Both the position numbers and the translations under genes were made by a program. Positions 1 through 9,257 of a stretch of 43,867 bases of DNA are shown here, piece after piece. The notes under the pieces are model-generated. The model saw only the letters and a program-made list of their open reading frames with translations. It was not told the origin of the DNA and searched no databases. This stretch comes from Actinomycetota bacterium (GTDB lineage Bacteria > Actinomycetota > UBA4738 > HRBIN12). The DNA is taken from assembly GCA_036520695.1 (NCBI GenBank), contig DATDJD010000095.1, positions 1 through 43,867 of the forward strand, read 5' to 3'. The number at the start of each line of letters is the position of its first letter. Within the stretch, counting starts at the first letter, position 1.

Positions 1-1063
1 CGTTCTGGCGTTCCCCGATCGTGACGAAGCCGGTGTCCGTGCGGATCTGGAACGGTTCCAACCCGCTGAAGGTGGGGAGCCGGTCGTCGAAGGAGGGCAC
101 CGTCCTCGGCGGGAGCTGCCGAACCGCCTCCGCGATCGCGACCGTGTGCTCGGGTGTGGTGCCGCAGCAGCCACCCACGATGTTGACCAAGCCTGCGTGC
201 GCGAACTCCGCCAGGAGCGAGCTGGTGACATCGGCTGTTTCGTCATAACTGCCGAACGCGTTGGGGAGGCCGGCATTGGGGTAGCACGCCACCGGGACAT
301 CGGCGATGCGTGAGAAGGCCTCGACGTACGGTCGCATCTCGGTCGCGCCCAGCGAGCAATTGATGCCGACGACGAGCGGTTCGGCGTGTTCCACGGATGT
401 CCAGAACGCCTCGACGGTCTGACCGGACAGGGTTCGGCCGCTCCGGTCGACGATCGTCACCGAGATCCAGCGGGGGAGTTCCGGCGCGACGTCGATGGCG
501 GCCGCGATGGCAGCCTTGGCGTTGAGGGTGTCGAAGATCGTTTCGATCAGTAGGAGGTCGACCCCGCCGTCGCGGAGCGCCGCGATCTGGTCGGCATATG
601 CCTGGTAGACGTCGTCGTAGGAGACGGTCCTGAACGCGGGGTCGTCCACCTTGGGGGACAGTGACAGGGTCACATTCAGCGGACCCAGCGAGCCCGCGAC
701 GAACCGGTCGTCGAAGGCATCGGCGGCCTCTCGAGCGAGTTTCGCACCCTGGACGTTCATGTCGTGGACGGCGTCTTGAAGGCCGTAGTCGCCCTGGCCG
801 ATCGACGTGGCGGTGAAGGTGTTGGTGGTGGTGATGTCGGCGCCCGCCTCGAAGTACGCGTGGTGGATCCGCGACACCATCTCGGGGCGGGTGATGTTCA
901 ACAGGTCGGGGTCGCCCTTGACGTCGCGGTCGTGTGTGGCGAATCGGTCGCCGCGGAACTCCTGTTCGGAGAGTCCTTCGCCCTGGAGCAGGACCCCCCA
1001 GGCGCCATCGAGGACCAGGATCCGACGGTCCATGAGCTCCCGCAGTCGCACCGCCGTGTCCAT
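1..1063 (-). CDS. metH: Cobalamin-dependent methionine synthase MetH, N-terminal part (homocysteine-binding domain and start of the pterin-binding domain). The 3' end runs off the left edge of the window.
   Basis: Not in the ORF track because it has no stop inside the window. My reverse-strand translation from ATG (comp. 1061-1063) reads [31 protein letters not shown]...ITTTNTF...VGINCSLG...NAGLPN...[12 protein letters not shown]...[11 protein letters not shown]. These are the Hcy-methyltransferase Zn-site motifs followed by the IGER start of the pterin domain. The frame is open to base 1. Confidence 0.85.
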   Translation of the reverse strand, partial: MDTAVRLRELMDRRILVLDGAWGVLLQGEGLSEQEFRGDRFATHDRDVKGDPDLLNITRPEMVSRIHHAYFEAGADITTTNTFTATSIGQGDYGLQDAVHDMNVQGAKLAREAADAFDDRFVAGSLGPLNVTLSLSPKVDDPAFRTVSYDDVYQAYADQIAALRDGGVDLLLIETIFDTLNAKAAIAAAIDVAPELPRWISVTIVDRSGRTLSGQTVEAFWTSVEHAEPLVVGINCSLGATEMRPYVEAFSRIADVPVACYPNAGLPNAFGSYDETADVTSSLLAEFAHAGLVNIVGGCCGTTPEHTVAIAEAVRQLPPRTVPSFDDRLPTFSGLEPFQIRTDTGFVTIGERQN

Positions 1064-1168
1064 GCGTTCACCCTAGCCGCCGGTCCGAGATCGCGACCAG
1101 CACCGTCGCCCCCAAGGAGGACTGCATCGTGTTGGCACAGGCGGAGCCCTCCGGGGTAGGCTGCGCGC

Positions 1169-1693
1169 ATGAGCCAGGGCCTCCCGGACATGATGCGACG
1201 CGAATCGCGCCGCCCGTTGGGTCCACATCAGCCTGAGCAGGCTCCGCGCCGCACGAAGCGTGAGACCGCGACCGCCCTCGCTGGGGTGCCGATGTTCGCC
1301 GGGTTCTCGAAGCGGCACCTGCATCGGCTGGCAGACGAGACGGACGTCTTGTCGTTCGCGCCGGGGCAGGCGATCGTCAGCGAGGGTGACCCGGGTGAGA
1401 CGTTGTTCGTCGTGCTGACGGGCCAAGGTAAGGTCACCCGCGCCCGACGGAAGGTGGGCTCGGTGATGCCGGGCGACTTCTTCGGTGAGCTCTCGGCGAT
1501 CGACGGCGGCCCGCGCAGCGCCTCGGTGATCGCGGAGACTCCGATGCACGTGCTCCGGCTGTTCCGCCGGACATTGATGTCGTTGATCAACGACGAACCG
1601 CAGGTCACCATGAAACTGCTGGACGGCATCGTTCGGAGGGTTCGCCAGGTCGAGCGGTTGCGCAGCCAGGCCGACCGTTCCGACCAGGTCTAA
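1169..1693 (+). CDS. Stand-alone cyclic-nucleotide-binding (CNB) domain protein with no recognisable output domain
   Basis: ORF 1169..1693. FAGFSKRHLHRLADE...GDPGETLFVVLTGQGKV...GDFFGELSAIDGGPRSASV fits the cNMP-binding beta-barrel with the FGEL...RSA phosphate-binding cassette. A TAGGCT hexamer lies 6 nt upstream of the ATG. Confidence 0.8.
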   Translation: MSQGLPDMMRRESRRPLGPHQPEQAPRRTKRETATALAGVPMFAGFSKRHLHRLADETDVLSFAPGQAIVSEGDPGETLFVVLTGQGKVTRARRKVGSVMPGDFFGELSAIDGGPRSASVIAETPMHVLRLFRRTLMSLINDEPQVTMKLLDGIVRRVRQVERLRSQADRSDQV

Positions 1694-1712
1694 CGCAACT
1701 CGGTCCCTGCCC

Positions 1713-2642
1713 TCAGCTCGACGCGATCAACGAATCCAGCTCCGCCAGCGTGGCGGCATCCAGGGCGACATCGCCGGCCGCCGCATTCGAGCGAACGTGG
1801 TCGGGGTTGCGACTCCCCGCGATCGCACTGGTCACGCCCGGCTGGTGTCGATTCCACGCCAATGCGAGCTGTGCCAGCGTGATGTCGAGGCGCTCGGCGA
1901 CCGGTCGCAGAGAATCCACGATCGGCAAGGCGCGCGTCAACTCGGCGTCGCCGAAGATCGTTTCATCACCGACCGTGCGCCAATCGCTGATCTCAGACAC
2001 GGTGTTCCGATCGACGGCGCCGGTGAGGAGCCCGAAGGCGAGCGGTGCATAGCTGACGACCCCGGTCCCACGTTCGCCACACCAGGCGATCAGATCGCGT
2101 TGCTCGAGGTCCAGCATGTTGAATTGGGGCTGCAGGGAGTCGACGTGGCGGATCGCCTCACACCGCCCGATGAGATCGCGATCGAAGTTCGATACGCCGA
2201 TCCAGCGCACGAGCCCTTCGTCCACGAGGGTGCTCATCGCGCCCCAGGTGTCTTCGATCTGGATGTCTCCTTCGTCCGGCCAGTGGAGCTGGTAGAGGTC
2301 GATGCGGTCGGTGCCGAGGCGTTCTAGAGAAGCCCGGCATCCCCGCCCCACGTCGTCGGGGCGGAACCCGCTTCCCTCGGGGGCAGGTGCGAGCTTGGAG
2401 GCGAGCACGACGGCGTCGCGTCGCCCGTCCAATGCCCGGCCGACGAGCCGCTCCGATACACCATCGCCATAGACCTCGGCGGTGTCGATCCAGTTGATCC
2501 CCGCATCGATCGCGGCGTGCATCGCACCGATGACGGCGTCGTCGGATTCGTTGGGTCCCCACGGGCCACCACCTGCTTCCCACGCGCCGTAGCCGACCAC
2601 CGACAGATCTGGTCCGTTCGAGCCCAATCGTTTCGTCTGCAT
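1713..2642 (-). CDS. Aldo/keto reductase family oxidoreductase
   Basis: The 309-aa ORF reads MQTKRLGSNGPDLSVVGYGAWEAGG...AIDAGINWIDTAEVYGDGVSERLVGRAL...IDLYQLHWPD...IGVSNF, which are typical AKR motifs. A TAGATT hexamer lies 6 nt upstream of the ATG. Confidence 0.9.
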   Translation of the reverse strand: MQTKRLGSNGPDLSVVGYGAWEAGGGPWGPNESDDAVIGAMHAAIDAGINWIDTAEVYGDGVSERLVGRALDGRRDAVVLASKLAPAPEGSGFRPDDVGRGCRASLERLGTDRIDLYQLHWPDEGDIQIEDTWGAMSTLVDEGLVRWIGVSNFDRDLIGRCEAIRHVDSLQPQFNMLDLEQRDLIAWCGERGTGVVSYAPLAFGLLTGAVDRNTVSEISDWRTVGDETIFGDAELTRALPIVDSLRPVAERLDITLAQLALAWNRHQPGVTSAIAGSRNPDHVRSNAAAGDVALDAATLAELDSLIASS

Positions 2643-2749
2643 CTGAAGAATCTACCGGTGGTCATCCGGTCGTGACCCGAACTGGCAGTACCCTAGGTTG
2701 CATCCGCAACGACAGCCCGCGATCAGACCAAGGAGCCTCAGACCCCCGC

Positions 2750-4600
2750 ATGAGCAAGACCGTTCAGGAGAAAGAACGGATCGTGATCCGCTTCGCCGGT
2801 GACTCCGGCGATGGGATGCAGCTCACGGGCGACCGGTTCACATCGGCCACCGCGGTCATGGGCAACGACCTGGCAACCCTTCCCGATTTCCCAGCCGAGA
2901 TCAGGGCGCCCGCCGGGACCGTCCACGGGGTCTCGGCGTTCCAGATCCAATTCGCGTCGACCGACATCACCACGCCCGGTGACCATGCCGACGTGTTGAT
3001 CGCCATGAACCCCGCCGCCCTCAAGGCAGACCTGCACACCGTCGACGTGGGCGGCACCGTGATCCTCAACGAAGATGCCTTCACGCAGCGCAACATCGAG
3101 AAGGCCGGGTACGGAGCCGATCCTCGGCAGGACGGCACGCTGGAAGGTTTCCAGATGTTCGAGGTCCCCATGACCTCCATCACCGTTCGAGCGACCGCCG
3201 ATCTCGGCATCTCCAAGAAGGAAGCTGAACGGGCCAAGAACATGTTCGCCTTGGGGCTGGTGTCGTGGATGTTCGGCCGGCCCACCGAGACGACCTTGAC
3301 ATGGCTCGACCGAAAGTTCGGTGGCAAGCAGGAGATCTTCGACGCGAACGTTGCCGCGTTCAAGGCGGGTTACAACTTCGGTGAGACCACGGAGCTGTTC
3401 GCGCAGTCGTACAAGGTGGCTGCCGCGCCGGCGGAGCCCGGCACCTATCGCAACATCGCCGGATCGGTCGCGCTCTCCTGGGGTTTGGTGGCGGCGGCAG
3501 AGCGGAGCGGACTCACGCTGTTCTACGCCAGCTACCCGATCACGCCTGCTTCCGAATTGCTGCATGAACTCAGCCGTCACAAGAACTTCGGCGTGATCAC
3601 CTTGCAGGCCGAGGATGAGATCGCCGCCGCCAACGTGGCGTTGGGCGCGGCGTTCGCGGGCAACCTGGCGGTGACCGGCACCAGCGGGCCAGGTATGGAC
3701 CTGAAGGCCGAGACGCTCGGGCTTGCCGTGATCATGGAACTGCCGATGATCGTCGTCGATGTGCAGCGAGGCGGCCCTTCCACAGGGCTCCCGACGAAGA
3801 CGGAGCAAGCTGATCTGCTGCTCGCGATGTTCGGTCGACACGGCGAATCGCCGTTGCCGATCGTCGCGCCGGCCTCCCCGGCGGACTGCTTCGCCATGGC
3901 GCTCGAAGCGGCGCGCATCGCGGTTCGGTACCGAACCCCGGTGATCATCCTGTCCGACACGTTCCTGTCGAACTCGTCCGAGCCATGGCGATTGCCGGAG
4001 ATCGCCGATCTCCCGGCGATCGAGCCCAACTTCGCGGAGGGCAGAGACGAGACGTCCAACGGTGCCGCGTTCTTGCCGTACGAGCGGGACGAACGCCTCG
4101 CGCGACCGTGGGCGATCCCCGGCACGCCCGGACTGGTGCATCGCATCGGGGGACTCGAACGTGAGGATGGCACCGGCAACATCAGCTATGACCCCGCCAA
4201 CCACGAACGTATGACGCATCTTCGTCAGGCGAAGGTCGACGGCATCGCCGACGATATCCCCGCCCTCGAGGTCGATGATCCCGACGGTGACGCGGCACTG
4301 TTGGTCCTGGGGTGGGGCTCGTCGCTGGGCACGATCAAGGCTGCCAGCCGCCGGGCGCGCGCCGACGGTCACAAGGTGGCGACGGCGCACCTACGCCACC
4401 TCAACCCGTTCCCGGCCAACACGGGCGATGTGGTCAAGGCCTACGAGAAGGTGCTGATCCCCGAGATGAACTTGGGCCAGCTCGCGATGTTGATCAGGGC
4501 CAAGTTCCTCGTGGATGCCATCAGCTTCACCAAGGTCCAGGGACTCCCGATCTTCGCGGAGGACCTGGAGCAGGAGATCCTGCGGGTACTCGATGAGTGA
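2750..4600 (+). CDS. korA: 2-oxoglutarate/2-oxoacid:ferredoxin oxidoreductase, alpha subunit
   Basis: In track ORF 2672..4600, the segment IRFAGDSGDGMQLTGDRFTSATAVMGNDLATLPDFPAEIRAPAGT and the later TGTSGPGMDLKAE...VDVQRGGPSTGLPTK are KorA-type. I prefer ATG 2750 (MSKTVQEKE) because AGGAG at 2731-2735 precedes it. The GTG 2672 extension has no SD. Confidence 0.9.
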   Translation: MSKTVQEKERIVIRFAGDSGDGMQLTGDRFTSATAVMGNDLATLPDFPAEIRAPAGTVHGVSAFQIQFASTDITTPGDHADVLIAMNPAALKADLHTVDVGGTVILNEDAFTQRNIEKAGYGADPRQDGTLEGFQMFEVPMTSITVRATADLGISKKEAERAKNMFALGLVSWMFGRPTETTLTWLDRKFGGKQEIFDANVAAFKAGYNFGETTELFAQSYKVAAAPAEPGTYRNIAGSVALSWGLVAAAERSGLTLFYASYPITPASELLHELSRHKNFGVITLQAEDEIAAANVALGAAFAGNLAVTGTSGPGMDLKAETLGLAVIMELPMIVVDVQRGGPSTGLPTKTEQADLLLAMFGRHGESPLPIVAPASPADCFAMALEAARIAVRYRTPVIILSDTFLSNSSEPWRLPEIADLPAIEPNFAEGRDETSNGAAFLPYERDERLARPWAIPGTPGLVHRIGGLEREDGTGNISYDPANHERMTHLRQAKVDGIADDIPALEVDDPDGDAALLVLGWGSSLGTIKAASRRARADGHKVATAHLRHLNPFPANTGDVVKAYEKVLIPEMNLGQLAMLIRAKFLVDAISFTKVQGLPIFAEDLEQEILRVLDE

Positions 4601-5603
4601 GATCCACACGATGAACAAGAAGGACTTCACATCCGATCAGGAGGTGCGCTGGTGTCCGGGCTGCGGTGACTACGCGATCCTGTCGGCGGTCCAGGGCTTC
4701 ATGCCGGAACTGGGCATCGAGCCGCACAAGACGGTGTTCGTCAGCGGCATCGGCTGCAGCGGCCGGTTCACCTACTACATGGACACCTACGGGGTGCACG
4801 GCATCCACGGGCGCGCGCCCGCCCTCGCGACCGGCATCGCGACCGCCAACCCCGACCTGTCGGTCTGGGTCGTCACGGGCGACGGCGATGGTCTGTCGAT
4901 CGGTGGCAACCACCTGATCCATGCCCTTCGCCGGAACGTGAACCTGAAGATCCTGCTGTTCAACAACCAGATCTACGGGCTCACGAAAGGCCAGTACTCA
5001 CCCACCAGCGAAGAGGGCAAGGTCACGAAGTCGACACCGTTCGGCTCGGTCGATCACCCGTTCAATCCGATCGCGGTGGCGCTGGGCGCCGAAGCGACCT
5101 TCGTAGCGCGCACGATCGACAACGACCGTCAGCACCTCACCGAGGTGCTGCGCCAAGCCGCGGCGCACCGCGGGACCGCGTTCGTCGAGATCTATCAGAA
5201 CTGCAACGTGTTCAACGACGGTGCGTTCGACCTGCTGCGCGAGAAGTCGCAGGGTGTGCACCACCAGATCCGGCTGGTCGACGGCGAGCCGATCATCTTC
5301 GACGAGGGCAGCAAGTGCGTCATCGTGGGTGACAACGGACGGCTGCAGGTCCACCCGACCGCTGAGGTCGATCCCGAGCGCATCGTCGTGCATCAGGCGG
5401 GCGGACGTCCGTCGCTGCCGTTCGGACTCGCGCACCTGTCGTTGGGCCCACACGAGGCGACGTGCTTCGGGGTGTTCCGCAACTTCGAGCGCCCTGTGTA
5501 CGGCGAGGCGATGCACGCCCAGCTCCAGAGCGCCCGCGAGCGTCTGGGCGCCGGGGACCTGCAGTCGCTCCTGCACGGCGGCGACACATGGACGGTCGCG
5601 TAG
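4593..5603 (+). CDS. korB: 2-oxoglutarate/2-oxoacid:ferredoxin oxidoreductase, beta subunit (TPP-binding)
   Basis: MSEIHTMNKKDFTSDQEVRWCPGCGDYAIL...SGIGCSGR...GDGDGLSIGGNHL are KorB motifs. ATG 4593 overlaps the korA stop (ATGAGTGA, 4593-4600). The upstream part of track ORF 4515..5603 lies inside korA. Confidence 0.9.
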   Translation: MSEIHTMNKKDFTSDQEVRWCPGCGDYAILSAVQGFMPELGIEPHKTVFVSGIGCSGRFTYYMDTYGVHGIHGRAPALATGIATANPDLSVWVVTGDGDGLSIGGNHLIHALRRNVNLKILLFNNQIYGLTKGQYSPTSEEGKVTKSTPFGSVDHPFNPIAVALGAEATFVARTIDNDRQHLTEVLRQAAAHRGTAFVEIYQNCNVFNDGAFDLLREKSQGVHHQIRLVDGEPIIFDEGSKCVIVGDNGRLQVHPTAEVDPERIVVHQAGGRPSLPFGLAHLSLGPHEATCFGVFRNFERPVYGEAMHAQLQSARERLGAGDLQSLLHGGDTWTVA

Positions 5604-5629
5604 ACCCTGAGCTCGTCCCTCGTGCTTGT

Positions 5630-6817
5630 TCAGTCGAGGCCGGGAGGCCGGAACTTCGCGAGGGCTTCGGTGGAGACCTGCTCGACCTGTTGCAGTTCCT
5701 CGACCAAGCCGGGGAGGACGTCCAGCAGGGCGTCGACATCGTCGCTCGTGCTGGCATGACCTAACCCGATCCGGAAGGTACTGGTATTGGGCAGGCCGAG
5801 TCGATCCAACACCGGGGAGGCATCCTCGGGCCGGCCGTTGCACATGGAACCGGCACCCAAGCGGAGCCCTCGGTCGTCCAACGCCATCATCAGCGTGGGG
5901 GCATCGAGCCCGTCCACACTGAAGCAGACGAGGTGGGGGGTGCGGTGGGTCGGGTGTCCGTACACATGGGCCCCCGGGACCGACCCCTCGATGCCCTCTC
6001 GCAAGCGAGCCGTGAGCGCCCATTGGGCAGCAGCCGCATCCCCCATGGACGCCAGGGAAACCCGCAGCGCTGCCGCCATGGCGGCGATCCCCGGTGTGTT
6101 CTCCATGCCCGAGCGCCGCTTGCGCTCACGATCGTCTCCGCACGGGTAGGCCGTGACGGCGACGCCTCGCCGGACGTACAGCGCTCCGACCCCCGGCGGC
6201 CCTCCGAACTTGTGGGCGGACAGGGACAAGAGGTCGACGCCGAGCCCGTCGACGTCGACCGGCAAGCGGCCCACGGTCTGACAGGCATCGGTGTGGAAGC
6301 GAACCTTCGACCCACGAGCCAAACGCGCCGCTTCCCCCACCTGTTGCATCGTGCCCAGTTCGTGATTCGCATGTTGGACGCTGGCCAGCAGTGTGCCCGG
6401 CACCCGCACCTCGGCGGCGAAGCGATCCATGTCCATGCGTCCGTAGTCGTCGGCGGGGATCTCGACGATCTCGAAGCCGTCACTCGCCAAGACGTTGCCC
6501 ACGCCACCGACGGATGGGTGTTCCACGGCGCTCACCACCACCCGGCTTCCGAGCTCGCGCATCGCACGGACGCCACCCCAGATCGCGAGCGCGACAGACT
6601 CGGTGCCGCCAGACGTGAACACGATCTCATCGGCTTGGGCGCCGATCGCGTCGGCGACCGCCTCCCGCCCGTCATCCAACAAGGAACGGGCGTGGCGCCC
6701 CGGCTCATGGATCATGAGTGGGTCCCCGAACGTGTCGACGGCCGCGATGAATGCTTCGCGAGCCTCGGGCAAGAGGGGAGTGGCAGAGGCCCCGTCGAGA
6801 TAGATGGTGTTCACCAC
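5630..6817 (-). CDS. Class V aminotransferase, cysteine desulfurase (NifS/IscS-like)
   Basis: The 395-aa ORF contains [23 protein letters not shown], the PLP lysine in [22 protein letters not shown], and a C-terminal GAGSMCNG active-site Cys loop. The start is GTG. A TAGGCT hexamer lies 7 nt upstream. Confidence 0.85.
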   Translation of the reverse strand: MVNTIYLDGASATPLLPEAREAFIAAVDTFGDPLMIHEPGRHARSLLDDGREAVADAIGAQADEIVFTSGGTESVALAIWGGVRAMRELGSRVVVSAVEHPSVGGVGNVLASDGFEIVEIPADDYGRMDMDRFAAEVRVPGTLLASVQHANHELGTMQQVGEAARLARGSKVRFHTDACQTVGRLPVDVDGLGVDLLSLSAHKFGGPPGVGALYVRRGVAVTAYPCGDDRERKRRSGMENTPGIAAMAAALRVSLASMGDAAAAQWALTARLREGIEGSVPGAHVYGHPTHRTPHLVCFSVDGLDAPTLMMALDDRGLRLGAGSMCNGRPEDASPVLDRLGLPNTSTFRIGLGHASTSDDVDALLDVLPGLVEELQQVEQVSTEALAKFRPPGLD

Positions 6818-6910
6818 GATCGTCAGCCTAGCCGGGCGACCCTCGTTCGAGCCGGATACCCCTCCTCACCAGTGCATCTTGATCTTCGTTCCCCGCTTGC
6901 GGCCGCACGA

Positions 6911-7408
6911 TCAGGGGATCAGATGCAGCGTGAAGATGAAGTCTCTGCCGTCGTAGACCTTCGTCGCGTAGCCTCGTACGTTGACGTAGGCACCCGTGCC
7001 GCCGGTGACGGCAAAGGTGCCGTTGAGGCCTTCGACCCACTCACCCAGCACCCCGGTCGTGACGATCGATCCGCGATCGATGTTCGGTCCGGACCTCATC
7101 GTGAAGACCTGCGTGCAGATGTTGGTGTTCCCGCCTTCGTAGGTGCACGTCTCGCGGAGTCGTCCCACGATATCTCCGTCGACGTCTTTGCTCGGTCCGT
7201 TGACGGTGATGATCTGACCGTCGACCCTGCCCTCGGCCCGAAGCCCATAGAAGCGACACCTGACGCCTGGTCCTCCACAGTGCCCTGTGTTCACTTCGAT
7301 CGCTTCAGGCTCAGAGATCCCGCCCTGGCCCCCGAGGGATACGCCGAGCCAAAGGCCCGACGACAGGAGGACCGCGACCAGCGTTCCGATGCTCAGCGTC
7401 TTGTACAT
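6911..7408 (-). CDS. Secreted hypothetical protein with an allene-oxide-cyclase/dirigent-like barrel signature
   Basis: The start is ATG 7408 (MYKTLSIGTLVAVLLSSGLWLGVSLG, a signal peptide) with GGAGGGGAG just upstream. The C-terminal LNGTFAVTGGTGAYVNVRGYA resembles the AxTGGTGxYxxARG motif of AOC-barrel/dirigent-like domains. There are four Cys residues. The functional call is tentative. Confidence 0.65.
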   Translation of the reverse strand: MYKTLSIGTLVAVLLSSGLWLGVSLGGQGGISEPEAIEVNTGHCGGPGVRCRFYGLRAEGRVDGQIITVNGPSKDVDGDIVGRLRETCTYEGGNTNICTQVFTMRSGPNIDRGSIVTTGVLGEWVEGLNGTFAVTGGTGAYVNVRGYATKVYDGRDFIFTLHLIP

Positions 7409-7526
7409 GCCACTCCCCTCCGTTCGCGTCCCCGATCGGGGAACGGAGAGAACCATGGCGGGTCGACATCGGAACCACGGCAAGGATCGAGCAAGAAGTG
7501 CGCAAAGGACGCCCTGTGTTCGCTGG

Positions 7527-8216
7527 TCAGGGGGTGGCCGGTTGTTTGTCCTTCAGGAACACGCCCCAGTAGAGGACTCCGGCGATGATGCCCCCCGCGA
7601 GAGGACCGATCAGCCACACGTACCAGTTGGACCAGTCGTTGGTGGCTAGCGCAGGCCCCAACCAGCGAGCGGGGTTCATGGCCGCGCCCGTGTACGGCCC
7701 GAAAGCCATGATGTCGAACGCGATCACGAGGCCGATCGTGAGGCCCGCCGTCTTGGCGAAGGGGCCCCGGTCATCGACCGCCGTTCCGAACACGGCGAAC
7801 ACCAGGAAGAACGTGCACGTGGCCTCGATCAAGATCCCTTTGCCGATCGCGATGCCGTCACCGAGGGCAGGGATGCCTCCGTTGCCGGCGGCGAACATCG
7901 TCTCGGGGACCAGGAACTTCAACAGGAACGCTCCGGCGATGGCCCCGGCGAATTCGGCGAGGATCAAGATGCCGGCCCGCGTGGACGGGATCTTGCCGGT
8001 CACCCACAGCGAGGCGGCGACGGCGGGGTTGACGAGACCGCCCGACACGGCTGCGGTCACGGAGATCATGATCGCGAGCGCCAGGCCGTGCGCTAAGGCA
8101 ACGCCGGTGAGGTCGAGTTGACCCGCGGCGTTGAGCACGACCGCTCCCGCTCCGATGAAGATCAGCGTGAACGTCGCGACGAATTCAGCGACGGCTGCTT
8201 TCGCGTTGCTGTCCAA
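7527..8216 (-). CDS. aqpZ: MIP-family aquaporin/glycerol-facilitator channel
   Basis: Two NPA boxes are present (GGLVNPAVA and AAMNPARW) with six hydrophobic segments. The long track ORF (to 8759) is antisense to the receiver-domain gene and is rejected. The likely start is TTG 8216, preceded by GGGAGGGG at 5 nt. GTG 8231 is the alternative. The predicted length (about 229 aa) is typical of AqpZ. Confidence 0.85.
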   Translation of the reverse strand: MDSNAKAAVAEFVATFTLIFIGAGAVVLNAAGQLDLTGVALAHGLALAIMISVTAAVSGGLVNPAVAASLWVTGKIPSTRAGILILAEFAGAIAGAFLLKFLVPETMFAAGNGGIPALGDGIAIGKGILIEATCTFFLVFAVFGTAVDDRGPFAKTAGLTIGLVIAFDIMAFGPYTGAAMNPARWLGPALATNDWSNWYVWLIGPLAGGIIAGVLYWGVFLKDKQPATP

Positions 8217-8343
8217 GGGTTCCCCTCCCACGTCTGCACCGGTTCCTCGGTCGGGGCGGAGCCTATCCGAGCCCGCGGCGCGCAGCAAAGACGGCGACGT
8301 CGGGAGAAGGAGGGCCAGGCGCGTTGCGTAGTATCGTGCCTGC

Positions 8344-8730
8344 GTGGACGTGCTCCTCGTGTCGCCCGACCCTGCCTCTCGTGACCAGATGGCGTTGTCC
8401 GTGCGAAGCGTCGAGCGCGCGCTGCGGACCGAGCTTCGTTTCCGTGCGGCGGCCAACGGCGAACTGGGGATCCGAGCCGCGCTCAGGGATCGTCCCGACA
8501 TCGTGGTGGCCGACGAGATCGCCTCACGTGCCGGGGCGTTCGCGCTGGCGAAGGCTCTGCGGGATGACTCGGTGCCGTTCACCGGGATCATCGTGATCCT
8601 GTTGGAACGCAAGCACGACGCATGGCTCGCGAGATGGTCGGGGGCCGATGCCTGGTACGTGAAGCCCGTGGACCCGTTCGAGCTGGCGGATCGGCTCCTC
8701 GAACTGGTCAGCGAGAAGGAGAGCGCGTGA
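8344..8730 (+). CDS. Stand-alone response-regulator receiver domain (atypical, with a degenerate acidic pocket)
   Basis: VLLVSPDPASR...PDIVVADEIASRAG...IIVILLERK...YVKPVDPFEL fits the CheY-like fold. The phospho-acceptor Asp and the Lys of KP are present. The N-terminal DD pair reads SP, and the conserved Thr/Ser reads Leu. No output domain and no kinase gene lie nearby. The start is GTG. Confidence 0.75.
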   Translation: MDVLLVSPDPASRDQMALSVRSVERALRTELRFRAAANGELGIRAALRDRPDIVVADEIASRAGAFALAKALRDDSVPFTGIIVILLERKHDAWLARWSGADAWYVKPVDPFELADRLLELVSEKESA

Positions 8731-9014
8731 AGATCAAAGGCACCGACAAGCGCACCCAACGAGAGTTCCTCGTCGAGCAGGTGATCGAGAACGGTGGTGC
8801 CTCACCGTGGGATGGGCAACCGTTCAGTCCCGACTACGCCGTCACCCTGGTGAATGCGCTCCGCGACGCCGAAGAGGCAGGTTCCAAGCTGGAGGAGGCG
8901 CTCGAGGTCATCGCCGATCTGCGGCCGGGATTCACCTTGGCCGAAACGAGCATCCTGGGTCCGCTCGATCTTCATCTCGGGCGACTCAACCGTAACCTGG
9001 TCCAGCAGGGCTAG
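8727..9014 (+). CDS. Hypothetical 95-aa protein, translationally coupled to the receiver-domain gene
   Basis: GTG 8727 overlaps the upstream stop (GTGA, 8727-8730) and is preceded by AAGGAG (8716-8721). G/C is high at third codon positions. I recognise no family (VKIKGTDKRTQREFLVEQVIENGG...). The upstream part of track ORF 8622..9014 lies inside the receiver gene. Confidence 0.6.
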   Translation: MKIKGTDKRTQREFLVEQVIENGGASPWDGQPFSPDYAVTLVNALRDAEEAGSKLEEALEVIADLRPGFTLAETSILGPLDLHLGRLNRNLVQQG

Positions 9015-9026
9015 AGGAGGCCAGTC

Positions 9027-9257
9027 ATGTCGGTCGGGGAGAATGGGTTCGGCGTCCAGATCCGCGAGGCCGACGACGGCTGGCGTGTCGTCATCCTCGA
9101 CGATTCCGGGAGCGTCGTGTCCGAGCGGACCTGCCGGGACCGATCGGAGGCCCGGGTCTTCGCGTCCACCGTCCGACAACACATCTACTGGCTGTCTGCC
9201 GATCGGTTCCGTACCTACTACCGGCTCGGCGCCGTCCGCCCCGCGGGGGTCTCCTGA
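9027..9257 (+). CDS. Hypothetical 76-aa protein, possibly YegP/DUF1508-like
   Basis: GAGGAGG lies 6-7 nt upstream of ATG 9027. DGWRVVILDDSGSVVSERTCRDRSEARVFASTVRQHI resembles the G-WR-x-L-x-x-NGE-x-x-x-SE-Y-x-S...A motif of DUF1508 repeats. This is a resemblance only. Confidence 0.6.
   Translation: MSVGENGFGVQIREADDGWRVVILDDSGSVVSERTCRDRSEARVFASTVRQHIYWLSADRFRTYYRLGAVRPAGVS

Noticed and set aside
956-967. GAAC-N4-GTTC (GGAACTCCTGTTCGG) inside metH, and a similar TCGAACTTCAGTTCAC at 10271-10286 inside the thiolase gene
   Set aside because: Both are deep inside coding sequence with no promoter context. They are explained by codon choice (E-F / Q-E-F). They are treated as chance occurrences, although they show the core motif alone is not diagnostic.
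1129-1236. A 35-codon ORF (GTG 1129) with a good AAGGAGG 8 nt upstream, in the metH / cNMP-gene divergent region
   Set aside because: It is out of frame with, and overlaps, the cNMP-binding gene. By my count third-position G/C is only about two thirds, much lower than in real genes here. The AAGGAGG may be fortuitous.
2738-4390. A 550-aa ORF antisense to korA (the 551-aa ORF 5933..7588 on the plus strand is a similar case)
   Set aside because: Both mirror genes with strong homology signals (korA; the cysteine desulfurase and the secreted protein). They have low-complexity Arg/Gly-rich translations.
8217-8759. An N-terminal extension of the aquaporin ORF, giving 410 aa
   Set aside because: The extension is antisense to the receiver-domain gene, Ser/Arg-rich, and would more than double the normal MIP length. 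An SD-preceded TTG/GTG lies at the expected position.
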